Source of the DNA: an uncultured Gemmatimonadales bacterium
GTDB taxonomy: Bacteria > Gemmatimonadota > Gemmatimonadetes > Gemmatimonadales > GWC2-71-9
NCBI GenBank assembly: GCA_963726955.1
Contig: CAVSEC010000020.1
Coordinates: 6,377-70,376, forward strand
Reading direction: 5' to 3'
Length of the DNA stretch: 64,000 nt
Shown here: positions 1-13,635 of the stretch, piece after piece
How the letters are laid out: each line of letters opens with the position of its first letter
Numbering within the stretch: position 1 is the first letter of the stretch
The notes under the pieces: generated by a model
The model's input: the letters and a program-made list of their open reading frames with translations, nothing else
What the model was told of the DNA's origin: nothing
Database searches by the model: none
Translations under genes and position numbers: made by a program

Positions 1-653
1 TCCGAGCGCGCCGTGATCTCCCGCTCCCCCATCGCCTGTTCGGGACTCATGTAGGTCGGCGTACCGAGCGACATCCCGGTCTCGGTCATGCGGCTGCCGC
101 CCGCCTTGCTGGCGGCGAGCGCGATGCCGAAATCGGCGACCAGGGCGCGGCCATCGTGCAGCAGGATGTTCTCCGGCTTGATGTCGCGGTGGATTACGCC
201 GTGGCGGTGGGCGTAGTCGAGCGCACCGGCGACCTCGGTGGCAATCCGCACCGCGTCGGCGATCGGCAGCTGCTGCTCCCGATTCAACCGCTCCCGCAGC
301 GATTCGCCATCGATGACGGGCATGACGTAATACAGGTATTCGGCGATTGGACGGTTAGGCGGTCGGGCGGTTGGGTGGTCGGGCGGTTCGGCTACCGTAC
401 TCGCCACACCCGAATCGAACAGTGGCAGAATGTGGGGGTGCTGCAGGTTCGCCGTGGTCCTGATCTCGGAGAGGAATCGCTCGGCGCCGATCACCGCGGC
501 CAGCTCCGGGCGCAGCACCTTGATCGCGACCTTGCGATCATGCTTCAGGTCCTGGGCGAGGTAGACCGTGGCCATGCCGCCGGCACCTAACTCGCGTTCG
601 ATGCGGTAGCGGCCCTCCAGGGCGGACGTGAGTCGGTGAACGGCGTCCGCCAC
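1..653 (-). CDS. Ser/Thr protein kinase K1 (N-terminal part; runs off the left edge of the window)
   Basis: Hand translation from GTG at 653: [45 protein letters not shown]...HRDIKPEN...DFGIAL...GTPTYMSPEQ. Missing from the ORF track because its stop is outside the window. Confidence 0.95.
   Translation of the reverse strand, partial: MADAVHRLTSALEGRYRIERELGAGGMATVYLAQDLKHDRKVAIKVLRPELAAVIGAERFLSEIRTTANLQHPHILPLFDSGVASTVAEPPDHPTARPPNRPIAEYLYYVMPVIDGESLRERLNREQQLPIADAVRIATEVAGALDYAHRHGVIHRDIKPENILLHDGRALVADFGIALAASKAGGSRMTETGMSLGTPTYMSPEQAMGEREITARS
339..394. repeat. Degenerate 8-bp tandem repeat (7 units) inside the K1 kinase domain
   Basis: + strand units ttcggcga ttggacgg ttaggcgg tcgggcgg ttgggtgg tcgggcgg ttcggcta; encodes the insert AEPPDHPTARPPNRPIAE. 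Confidence 0.85.
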
Positions 654-788
654 GCAGGGGCCTTTGTCCGGATGGTTAAGTGAAGGGGCCTGTCGCCGGA
701 AAGTATGCCCCGACGCCCGGATCGGCTAGCAGGAGCCCGGCGATGACCCTGATGGTCGCGCGCGGGGTGGCCGCGCGCCTCGTTTCAG

Positions 789-2665
789 TCAGTGCGCCTG
801 CAGCACCTGCTCCCAGGCAGGCTTGGCGGGATCGCCGACCACCAGCCGATACGTCCCCGGCGACGGGACGAATTCGACGTCGCGGGTCTCCCCGACGTCG
901 ATCAATTCCACCGATGGCTCCGTGAGCGACTGAGCAGGTGGGAGTTCGGCGCCGTCGCGGGCCAGCCGGCGCCACTCGACCAGCGTGCTGTCGCGGTAGA
1001 TCGCGAACGAAGACTCGTCGGCGACGCCGATATTCACGAAGCGGAACCGATGGGCCACCCCGGCGGCCAGCTCGAGTGGCACGCGGCAGGGAGTCGCCGT
1101 TGACCAGCAGGTGGACCGGGTCCAGCGCGCTGTCCCAGCCGGCCACGAAGATGTGGTCGCGCCGAGGATCGAACCGCCGGCCCGGCTCGAGCACCACGAT
1201 CCCGCCATAGAGGCCCGAGCGTGAGCTGCTCGAGGTCGTTCATGTGGGTGTGGTAGATGAACGTGCCGGCACGGGGCAGCGTCAGGTGCGCCACGAACGA
1301 GTCGCCCGGCTCGATCGAGGGCGCCAGGTGATCGCCCGCTCCGCTCCACCCGGCCACCCCATCGGAGTAGCTCTCCAGTTCGATTCCGTGCCAGTGGATC
1401 GCCGCCGTCTCGGCCAGCCGATTCACCACTACAATATCGGTCGGCTCACCCCGGGTGAGCACCAGCAACGAGCTGCCGGTCTCGACCGAATCCGGGGCCG
1501 GAGGTGTCGCGCCCCGTTGCAGCACGTAACCGAGCGCCCGGGCCGCGCGGCCGCGCCGCCTGCCTTCCTGCACGTAGAGGTGCAACCGACGCGCCCCGCC
1601 GCGGGCCGGCGCCGCGGCGCCGCGCGCCGGGTGCACCACGATGCCCACGACCAGCCCGGCCATGTGCACTCGCGGATCGTGGGCCATCCGGTCGTGACTC
1701 TCTGCCGGCGGCGCGTTGAACCGTGCGGACTCGGGGATCGACGTGGAACCCGATGTGACAGTGGAAAAGCCAGTTCCCCGGGCGCTCGGGCACCCAGGTC
1801 ATGGCCATCGTCTCGATCGGCATCAGGGTCTGGGTGACGGCCATCGGGCGCTTGTCCGGCGGAGGTGTCCTGTCTCGGAGCCCGTCGCTGTAGCCGTCGA
1901 TCCGGTAGTAGAATCCGTGCAGGTGCATCGGATGCGGGCGGGCGGATCCGTTGAGCACTCGCCAGCGGACGCTGTCGCCGACCGTGGCCTCGATCCGCTC
2001 GGTGTAGGGCCACGAGCGGCCGTTGATCGCGAGTGCATTCCGGTAGGTGGTCGAGTCGATGGTGGATCCCCAGATGTTGATCATGAGGATCCGGTCCGGG
2101 GGCGAGCCGCCCGCCGGATCCACAATGAAGGCTCCGGAGGTCGTCTCCCGTTCGTCGTTCATACCCATCACAAGGGAATGCTTGCCGGGCACCGCGTAAT
2201 ACAGGTAGGTCCCCGGCTCACCAGCAGCTGAAGGTGACGGTGGTCGACTCCCCCGGCCGTAGCATCAGGCTGTCGTCCCGAACCGCCGGGTGGGTCACGC
2301 AGGCCATGCACCGCGATCGTGGAATCGGTGAGAAGGTTTCGTACCGAGGCGACGATGATCGTCCCCGTGGGGACCCGGATCAGCGGGGCGGGGATCTCCG
2401 GCGCGTGCCCCACCTCGGCGAACGCTGCGACTTCGATTGCCGGGCCGCTGTCCGCCTCCGGACGCCAGGTGGCCATCCGGACCTCGAGCTTGAGCTCGAG
2501 GGTGTCGCGATGGACCCGGCCGGCCGGCGTCCGGTTGTCGTTCGGGTGCACCAGCGGCAGGCTGTCCCTCGCCGCGCGCTCCGTCGACGGATGGGCGGTC
2601 GGGGGTCGGGAGACGGGAGTGATCAGGAGAGCAGCGGCCGCCATGAATCTCAGTGCATCGGTCAT
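789..2665 (-). CDS. Multicopper oxidase with four cupredoxin domains and a signal peptide (about five single-base insertions, probably sequencing errors)
   Basis: ORF pieces 2168..2665, 1446..2192, 1034..1687, 676..1197 and the end of 789..1349 join into one protein. Motifs HPMHLHG, WLFHCHIGFH, IHWHG and GTFIYHTH; hydrophobic N-terminus. Confidence 0.88.
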
Positions 2666-2680
2666 CCAACGATCCCCTGG

Positions 2681-5364
2681 TTACTGCGCGGTTCGTGCCC
2701 GGAGATCGGTGAACCAGTTCTCCACCTGCACGATCGAAGGCGAGGTCGCCGCCTGGGAGGTGAGCTTGAATCGCATGAACAGGAACCCCCGGCCGCCCGG
2801 GAGCACATCGTAACTCTGGTGGAAGCCAGGATTCATGTACCCGGAAGCGTCGAAGAGGGATCGAAGCCCGGCAACTTCGAACGTTGCCGTCGTGCGCACC
2901 TCGGCAGCAACGAGCTGGGAGGTGCCGTCGATGAAGAACAGCTCCCGTCCGTCGGGCGACCAGCGCGGCTGATTCCCGCCCCCTATAGATACCTGCCACC
3001 GTGCACCCGTCGTACCGGGAAATGGGCGGACGTAGATCTCATTGGTCCCCGACTCATCGGAGGCATACGCCAGCCAGCGACTGTCGGGAGAGATCGCGGG
3101 CTCCAGCTCGGTGAAGCTGCTGGCCACGAGAGAGACCGGCGTCGTATCCCCGCTGGTGCGGACCCCCACGAGGTCGCCGGCGCCGGCGACACCGTTGTCG
3201 GTCCGCAGCACCAGCCAGCGGCCGTCCGGGCTCCAGGTCACCTCCTGCACCTGGCGGTCGAGCCGGGCGAGCAGCCGCTCTGGGGTGCTGCCGTCGGTCT
3301 CCCGGGCGAAGACGCTGCTGGTATTCAGAGAATCCCGGATGAACGCCACGACCTTTCCGTCGGGAGACCACGCCGGCCGCCTGTCCTGACCGCCGAAGCT
3401 GAGGCGGGTGAATGGCCCGCGCTCCAGTTGCTTGACCCAGATGCCGAGTGCGCCGCTCGCGAGCCCTACGCCCACGGCCAGGCGGTGTCCGTCGGGGGAG
3501 AGCGCAGCGGAGTTGAATCCGCCATGCCACATTGAATCGATTGACGTTGCCGTGCCTTCCCGAGTGAGCCGTACCACCTCGACCTCCTGAGCCGCCGACT
3601 CCCCCTGCATGTAGACGAGGGTTCCCGAAGGGGACCAGGTGAGCAGCGGATACCCGATGAAGAGCCGGACCCGCTCGAGCACCGGTACCGCCGCCCCGGT
3701 GACCCGAAGCCCCTTGAGGTCGAAGGGAGCCACCAGCGCCGTACCGTCTCGTCGCACGAAGAACAGCTGCCCGGTCGGGAGATACCACGCGGTGGCCACA
3801 TCGTTGAGCAGGAGGCGCTCCTGCCCGGTGTGCAGATCGAGCAGGTGCACGCTCATCGTCACGCACCCGGAAGCGCACACGGTGAACAGCACGCCCCTGG
3901 CACCGGGGAGCGGGGTCGGCATCGCGAGCCCCAGGCCGGCGAGTGCCGGAGTCTTCAGCAGGCTGGAGACGGTGCCGCCCGCCCCATTTACGCGCGACAG
4001 CTCACTCTGTGTCGGTCCGGTGAAGACGAGGGTACCGTCGTCCAGCCACGTCGCCCCGCCAAAGGGAGCGGCGGCCGAATCGGAGAGGGTGATCGCCGCG
4101 CCCTCGCCGGGCCGGGCCTTCTTGAGGTGCCCGTCGGCGATGAACGAGATCCACTGACCGTCCGGGGAAAATGCCGGGTAGAACCCCCGTTCGGTGCCGG
4201 GGATGGGGACGGCATTCAACTCACCCCGCCGCTTGATCCAGAGCCGCCCATTCTGGATGTCCTCCTTGATCAGCAGGCTCGCGCCGTCAGGCGACAGCGC
4301 CAGGGAGGGCACGTTGATCGCGGGCCGCAGGGCATCACCGAGGGTGATGTACTGCCAGCTCGTGGTCGGGCGGTGCGTCCTGCCTGACCAGGCCCAGAGC
4401 GCGCCCGCCACCGCGACAATCGCAATGGCCCACGGCAGCAGTGTGACCACCCGATCGCGCCGAGTGGCGGGTCCTCGCGCGGCCTCCCGCAGCGGCATGG
4501 TCGTGCCAGCGAGGGTTGAGGCGGTGGCGTGCTGCAGCGCCTCCCCGAACGCCGCGGCGGTGACGAACCGGTCGGCGGGGAGTTTTTCCAGCGCGGTCAG
4601 CACCGCCGACCTCGACATGGGCGGGGATGGTGTGCCGCTGGAGAGTGAGCGAGCGCGGCGGTTCGGTCATCACCCGGCGACGATGGCCTGCGCCGTCGGG
4701 CCGGTGAAGGGCGGCTCGCCGAGCGAGCATCTCGTAGAGCACGCAGCCCAGGGCGTAGACGTCGGAGCGCGCGGTGATCTCGCGCTCGCCCATCGCCTGC
4801 TCGGGCGACATGTAGTGCGGGGTGCCGAGGCGACATCCCCGTCTCGGTCATCCGGCGCGCCGCCGGCCTTGCTGGCCGCGAGCGCGATGCCGAAGTCGGC
4901 GACCAGCGCCCGACCGTCGTGCAGCAGGATGTTCTCGGGCTTGATGTCGCGGTGGATCACGCCGTGGCGATGGGCATAGTCGAGCGGCGCTGGCGACTTC
5001 GGTGGCGATGCGCACCGCATCGGCGATCGGGAGCTGCTTTTCGCGGTTGAGCCGGTCGCGCAGCGATTCGCCCTCGACGAAGGGCATCACGTAGAAGGCG
5101 GAGCCGCTGCGCCTCTCCCGAATCGAGCAGGCCAGGATGTGCGGGTGCTGCAGGTGGCGGTGGTCTTGATCTCGCGCAGGAAGCGCTCGGCGCCGATCAC
5201 CGCCGCCAGTTCCGGCCGGAGCACCTTGATCGCCACCAGCCGATCGTGCTTGAGGTCCTCGGCCAGGTAGACCGTGGCCATGCCGCCCTGCGCCGAGCTC
5301 CCGCTCGATGCGGTAGCGGTCGGCGAGGGCGGCGGCGAGGCGGCGTAGGGCGATCAGCCGCTAT
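2681..5364 (-). CDS. Ser/Thr kinase K2 with TM helix and TolB/PD40 beta-propeller (kinase half frameshifted; start approximate)
   Basis: Kinase fragments [30 protein letters not shown] and [17 protein letters not shown] lie in several frames. ORF 2681..4618 has [20 protein letters not shown] and many SPDG repeats. Confidence 0.88.
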
Positions 5365-5380
5365 GAGCTCCGATGCGTGT

Positions 5381-8363
<2,983 letters not shown>

Positions 8364-8367
8364 GTAC

Positions 8368-11019
8368 TCACCGCTTCCCGCCCCGGTCGTACACCAGACG
8401 GTCGAATACCCCCTCCAGCCCGATCATCGTGGTCAGAGCCGCGCCGCCGCGGATCATGACGAAGTGCTGTCCATCCGGCGAGACATCATACTCGCGGAAG
8501 GTGCCGCTGTTCAGGTAGCGGCCGGTGAAGAGGAGGCGCCGGCCGGTGACCCCGAACGTCGGGGCGGTCACGACCGTCGCCGCCATCAGGCTGTCGCCCG
8601 AGCGATAGAACAGCTCCCGTCCGTTCCGCGACCAGACTGCCTCGCTCCCCCCCTGCAGGGACACCGATACCCTGGCTCCAGGGCCGGGGTAGGGCCGGAC
8701 GTAGACCTCGAAGCGGCCGGCTTCGTCCGACTGGTAGGCCAGCCAGTGTCCGTCCGGGGAGAGGGCGGGGGCGGTTTCACCGAACGGCGCGGGCAGGATG
8801 GTCCGTGCGGACTGCGACGAGTCGAACACCAGGCTCCGGATCCCGTCCCCACCGCTGCCGGACTGCTGGAAGATCACGGTGCGTCCGTCGGGAGTGATAC
8901 TCCCGGCAAAGTGGGATCCGGGACCGACGAGGAGGCTGTCGGAGTGGCCGCTGCCGTCGGCCGCGATCCACCAGAGGTCGTCGTTGCTGGAGTAGATCAG
9001 GCGCCGGCCATTCGGGGTCCAGATGGGCCGATCGCTGATGCCGTTCGTCGTCAGGCGCGACCAGCTTCTCTGCAGCATGTCGAGCACCCAGACGTCGCGG
9101 CTGGAGCCGGACTGCTCGGTGATGTCGAACGCGATGCGGCGCCCATCGGGGGAGAAGCGCGGATTGGCGAACACCTTCGGCTCGGCCACGAGTGGCGTTG
9201 CCAGTCCCGCGCGCGACACCAGCACCAGCTGGCGCGGCGAGGCCCCGCCGGACTGCATGTAGACGATGGACCCGCTGCGGGAGACCACCGCCCGGGCGGA
9301 GTAGCCGTCCGGCTGGGCGACGTCGCGGGCGATGGTCACCGGGGGGCCGGTCGGCCGGACCCGGTCCGCGTCGAAGGGCAGGGCGATCAGCGTGCCGTCC
9401 GCATTGCCGACGACGACGAACCCGGCATCCACCCACTGCGGGGAGAAGCCCGGCTGATCGAAGCGGGTGATCCGACCGCTCCGGAGGTCGAGCGCCGCCA
9501 GGCGGGAGGTTCGGTCATTGAAATCCGCGAAGAGCACGGTGCGGGTGCCCGGAATCAGGATCGGCTCCCGGAATGCCTCTCCCGAACCGGTGTCGGGCCG
9601 CGCGATGACGTAGGGGCGGCCACCTCGGGCCGAGACCGCCATCAGGACTCGCGAGTTCGGATCCCCCGATTCCGAGGAATGGAAGCGAACGGTGTCGTCG
9701 CTGCCCCAATCGTGGGAATAGCCGCCGCAGGAGTCGCAGATGACGACCGGTGCGCCGCCGGCCAGCGGCAGCTTGAGCAGGTGGACCCCCTCGAGATAGC
9801 CGAGCCAGTGGCCGTCGGGGGAGAAGAAGGGCCCGAGGCCCCGTCGCCCACTGGGAACCGGGACCATCTCGATCCGGTCGGCGTAGCGCAGCATCACCCC
9901 GACCCGCGAGTCGTATGCGACCACCGAGCCATCGCGGGTGTAAGCCAGGTCCCAGCGGCTGACGTCGAGCACCGACGCGCTGTCGGGGACGAGCATCTGG
10001 TAGCGCCGCACCACCGGCGGCGTCGACGGCGGCCTCGGGCGCCACAGCACCCATCCTCCCAGTAGACCGAGCCCGAGGAGCAGCAGCCCCAGACCGCCGG
10101 CGACCACCGCGGTGGATCGCGGGCGGAACCCCGGGTCGACGGGTCGCCCGAACCGGTTGGTTCCGACGCCGACGGTGGTGGCATAGCCCACGTTCCCCAG
10201 CGCGGCGGCGAACTCCGCCGCCGTGGCGAAGCGATCGGCGGGGAGCTTCTCCAGCGCCTTGGCCACGGCGGCCGCCACATTAGGCGGCACGTTCTTTCGG
10301 AGTCGGGTGACCGGCTGGGCCTCCTCGGCCACGATCTTCATGATGATCTGCTGGGCCGAGGCGCCCACGTGCGGCGGATTGCCGGTGAGCATCTCGTAGC
10401 AGACACTCGCCAGCGAGTAGATGTCACTGCGCGCCGAGATCTCCTTGTCCGCGGTGGCCTGCTCCGGGCTCATGTAGTGCGGTGTCCCCAGCGACATCCC
10501 GGTCTCGGTCATCCGGCCCCCCGCTGCCGCGCTCAGCGCGAGTGCGATGCCGAAGTCGGCCACCATGGGCCGGCCGTCGTGCAGCAGGATGTTTTCCGGC
10601 TTGATGTCGCGATGGATGACGCCGTGGCGGTGGGCGTAGTCCAGCGCGTCGGCCACCGCGATCGTGATCCGAACCGCTTCCTCGATGCCCAGCTGAGTCT
10701 CCCGGTCGAGCTTGGACCGGAGGGTCTCGCCGTCGATGAACGGCATCACGTAGTAGAGGAAGCTGTCCGCGACACCGGAATCGAAGAGCGGCAGGATGTG
10801 CGGGTGCTGCAGGGCGGCGGTGGTGGTGATCTCCTGCACGAACCGCTCGGCGCCGAGCACCGCTGCGAGCTCGGGCTTGAGCACCTTGATCGCCACCTGG
10901 CGCTTGTGCTTGAGGTCCTCGGCCAGGTAGACCGTGGCCATGCCCCCCCGGCCCAGCTCCCGCTCGAGGCGGTAGCGGTCGGAGAGGGCGGCGGACAGGC
11001 GCTCCGCGGAATTACTCAT
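8368..11019 (-). CDS. Ser/Thr kinase K4 with TM helix and TolB/PD40 beta-propeller
   Basis: Intact 883-aa ORF with all Hanks motifs, TM AVVAGGLGLLLLGLGLLGGWVLW and repeated (F/L)SPDG motifs. Confidence 0.96.
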   Translation of the reverse strand: MSNSAERLSAALSDRYRLERELGRGGMATVYLAEDLKHKRQVAIKVLKPELAAVLGAERFVQEITTTAALQHPHILPLFDSGVADSFLYYVMPFIDGETLRSKLDRETQLGIEEAVRITIAVADALDYAHRHGVIHRDIKPENILLHDGRPMVADFGIALALSAAAGGRMTETGMSLGTPHYMSPEQATADKEISARSDIYSLASVCYEMLTGNPPHVGASAQQIIMKIVAEEAQPVTRLRKNVPPNVAAAVAKALEKLPADRFATAAEFAAALGNVGYATTVGVGTNRFGRPVDPGFRPRSTAVVAGGLGLLLLGLGLLGGWVLWRPRPPSTPPVVRRYQMLVPDSASVLDVSRWDLAYTRDGSVVAYDSRVGVMLRYADRIEMVPVPSGRRGLGPFFSPDGHWLGYLEGVHLLKLPLAGGAPVVICDSCGGYSHDWGSDDTVRFHSSESGDPNSRVLMAVSARGGRPYVIARPDTGSGEAFREPILIPGTRTVLFADFNDRTSRLAALDLRSGRITRFDQPGFSPQWVDAGFVVVGNADGTLIALPFDADRVRPTGPPVTIARDVAQPDGYSARAVVSRSGSIVYMQSGGASPRQLVLVSRAGLATPLVAEPKVFANPRFSPDGRRIAFDITEQSGSSRDVWVLDMLQRSWSRLTTNGISDRPIWTPNGRRLIYSSNDDLWWIAADGSGHSDSLLVGPGSHFAGSITPDGRTVIFQQSGSGGDGIRSLVFDSSQSARTILPAPFGETAPALSPDGHWLAYQSDEAGRFEVYVRPYPGPGARVSVSLQGGSEAVWSRNGRELFYRSGDSLMAATVVTAPTFGVTGRRLLFTGRYLNSGTFREYDVSPDGQHFVMIRGGAALTTMIGLEGVFDRLVYDRGGKR

Positions 11020-11028
11020 GGGCGGCGT

Positions 11029-13635
11029 TCATCGCGGGAGCAGATCCGTCCAGCGCTCGAGCATCACCAGTTCGGTCGGCGGCCGGAGCTTCGGACGCCA
11101 GCGCAGCATGAGAAACCGTCCGTCCGGCGCCACATCGAACACCGGCTTGAGCCCGGTGACGGCGAAGAGGACCCCCGGCGTTCCTGCCTGGAAGGACGGC
11201 GCGGTCCTCACCGGCGCGGCCATCATGTTGCCGCCCGCGACGTAGTAGAGCGCGTTGCCGGCGCGCGACCAATGGACCGACGACCCAGGGTCGACCGACG
11301 CCGCTACCCGCCAGTCTTCGGTGCGGGCCGGATCCGTCGAGCGCACGTGCACCTCGAACGAACCGGCCGACGCGGACAGGTACGCCATCCAGTGCCCGTC
11401 TGGAGACACTTGCGGACGCACGGCCATGACGCCGGGCGGTGTGACGGCCGAGTCTGGTGACCCGCGGGACAGCGAATGGCGGAAGATTCGCGACGGGCCG
11501 GCAACCGCCTTCGCGAACAACAGGTTACCGGCGCCATCCATGGCGAGATCCCCGACCACGACGAACTCAGTGGGGTCAATCAGCTCGGGCGGAGCCGCTC
11601 CACCGGCGTCAACCCGGTGAAGGCCATGGCTGGCCCCGAGTCCAGCGAAGTACAGCTCGTGGCCCCCGGGGCCAAATACGGGGTCCTGCAGCCACGTCCC
11701 GTTGACCGACACCCGAGCGACCGACCCGCTAACCAGGTCGCGGACCAGCAGAACCATGCCGCGGTCGATACCCACGCAAATGGCGGCCCGCCGGCCGTCC
11801 GGTGACAGGGCGACGCCGTCGAACGCGCCGATCCAGCCCTCGTCGATCGCCGTGACGCGACCACCCGAGACCCAGACGACGTCGCTCGGGTCGTCCCCCC
11901 GACCCCACCCCCCGGCCACGTAGATCAGCCGTCCGTTGCGCGCGACGGTGACCCGGCCCGTGCTCGTGAAGTTTCCCGTGCTGAGGCCCGTGGCGATCGT
12001 CACCGGCGCCCCGGTCGTCCGGAGCCCCCGGATGTCGAACGGCACGGCCACGATCGAGCCGTTGGAGAGTGTGACGATCAGGTACCCGGGGGGCGCAAAC
12101 ACGGCGCGAACACCGGTCATGAGCTTCCAGACGCGGCCGCCCTCGGACCCGACCACCGCAATGGCCGTGCTGTCGGAGCTCCTGCCAGCGGTCGTGAAGA
12201 CCGTCCCGCCACCGGGCAGTCCGGCGGCCTCGACGTGCAGAACGTCGTGTGAGGCGGTATCGGGTATCGTCAGGCGCTGCGTCTCCCCGCCCGCGACGGA
12301 TACGCGCCGCAGTCCGTCCAGGCCGGAATACACGATGTGCCCGTCGTCCGTCCAGACCAGCGGAGAGCCGACCGCGCCGGTCGCGACGGTTCGCGGCGAC
12401 CCGCCATCGAGCCCCTGGACGACGACGGAAGCATTGCGGAGGAACGTCACGCGCTTGCCATCGGGCGAGAGCGCGGCATTATCCCCGCCTTCGCTGCCCG
12501 GAATCGGCACGGGGCCGGTGGCATCGGCGGTGCGCATCCAGAGGTGGCCGCCGCCGTCGTAAACCAGCACGGAGCCATCCTCGGACAGCGAGAGCACTTC
12601 GCCCACCGGCGCGCTGTCGGGCAGAACGATCCGCACCCGCCAGGGGTGGTCCGCCTCGGCCGGCGCTGGCCGCAGCCAGCCGCGGATGGCGGGGACGAGG
12701 AGCAGGAGCGCGGCGGCGCTCGCGACGAGCGTTCGCCGCTTCCACGGCCCCTCGCTGGCGCCGCCCCGGCTTCCCCGCTGCGTGCTCGAGGAGGCGACAA
12801 ACGCCGGATTGCCCAGAGCCTCGGCGAATGCCCTGGCGGTTCCGAATCGGTCGGCGGGCAGCTTCTCCAGCGACTTGCTCACCGCGGCGGCGACATTGGG
12901 CGGCACCGATCTGCGCAGTTTCGTGACAGGCGCCGCCTCGTCGGTCACGATCTTCATGATGATCTGCTGCGCCGAGGCGCCGGTGTGCGGCGGGTTCCCG
13001 GTCAGCATCTCGTAGAGCACACTGCCCAGCGAGTACACATCCGAGCGCGCGGTGATCTCCTTCTCGGCGGTGGCCTGCTCCGGGCTCATGTAGTGCGGGG
13101 TCCCGAGGCTCAACCCCGTCTCGGTCATCCGGCCACCGGCTGCCGCGCTCACCGCCAGCGCGATTCCGAAATCCGCCACCATCGGCCGGCCATCGTGCAG
13201 CAGAATGTTCTCCGGCTTGATGTCCCGGTGGATCACCCCGTGGCGGTGCGCATAGTCGAGGGCATCGGCCACTGCCACCGTGATCTTCACCGCTTCCTCA
13301 ATGTCGAACTGGGTCTCGCGGCTGAGCTTGCTGCGCAAGGTCTCGCCGTCGATGAACGGCATGACGTAATAAAGGAAGCCGTCGGCGCTGCCCGAGTCGA
13401 AGAGCGGCAGGATGTGGGGGTGCTGAAGGGCCGCGGTGGTGGTGATCTCCTGCACGAAGCGCTCGGCGCCTAACACGGCGGCCAGCTCCGGCTTGAGAAC
13501 CTTGAGCGCCACCTTCCGCTTGTGCTTCAGGTCCTCGGCGAGATACACCGTGGCCATGCCGCCCTGACCGAGCTGGCGCTCGATGCGGTAACGGTCGGCG
13601 AGGGCGGTGGCGAGTCGCGTCAAGGCGTCCGTCAC
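11029..13635 (-). CDS. Ser/Thr kinase K5 with TM helix and TolB/PD40 beta-propeller
   Basis: Intact 868-aa ORF with Hanks motifs and TM TLVASAAALLLLVPAIRGWL. Its GTG start overlaps the K6 stop (GTGA). Confidence 0.96.
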   Translation of the reverse strand: MTDALTRLATALADRYRIERQLGQGGMATVYLAEDLKHKRKVALKVLKPELAAVLGAERFVQEITTTAALQHPHILPLFDSGSADGFLYYVMPFIDGETLRSKLSRETQFDIEEAVKITVAVADALDYAHRHGVIHRDIKPENILLHDGRPMVADFGIALAVSAAAGGRMTETGLSLGTPHYMSPEQATAEKEITARSDVYSLGSVLYEMLTGNPPHTGASAQQIIMKIVTDEAAPVTKLRRSVPPNVAAAVSKSLEKLPADRFGTARAFAEALGNPAFVASSSTQRGSRGGASEGPWKRRTLVASAAALLLLVPAIRGWLRPAPAEADHPWRVRIVLPDSAPVGEVLSLSEDGSVLVYDGGGHLWMRTADATGPVPIPGSEGGDNAALSPDGKRVTFLRNASVVVQGLDGGSPRTVATGAVGSPLVWTDDGHIVYSGLDGLRRVSVAGGETQRLTIPDTASHDVLHVEAAGLPGGGTVFTTAGRSSDSTAIAVVGSEGGRVWKLMTGVRAVFAPPGYLIVTLSNGSIVAVPFDIRGLRTTGAPVTIATGLSTGNFTSTGRVTVARNGRLIYVAGGWGRGDDPSDVVWVSGGRVTAIDEGWIGAFDGVALSPDGRRAAICVGIDRGMVLLVRDLVSGSVARVSVNGTWLQDPVFGPGGHELYFAGLGASHGLHRVDAGGAAPPELIDPTEFVVVGDLAMDGAGNLLFAKAVAGPSRIFRHSLSRGSPDSAVTPPGVMAVRPQVSPDGHWMAYLSASAGSFEVHVRSTDPARTEDWRVAASVDPGSSVHWSRAGNALYYVAGGNMMAAPVRTAPSFQAGTPGVLFAVTGLKPVFDVAPDGRFLMLRWRPKLRPPTELVMLERWTDLLPR

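Noticed and set aside
2651-2665. Multicopper oxidase begins MTDAL like kinases K5 and K7, suggesting a captured kinase start
   Set aside because: The nucleotide sequences are dissimilar and the match covers only 4-5 residues.
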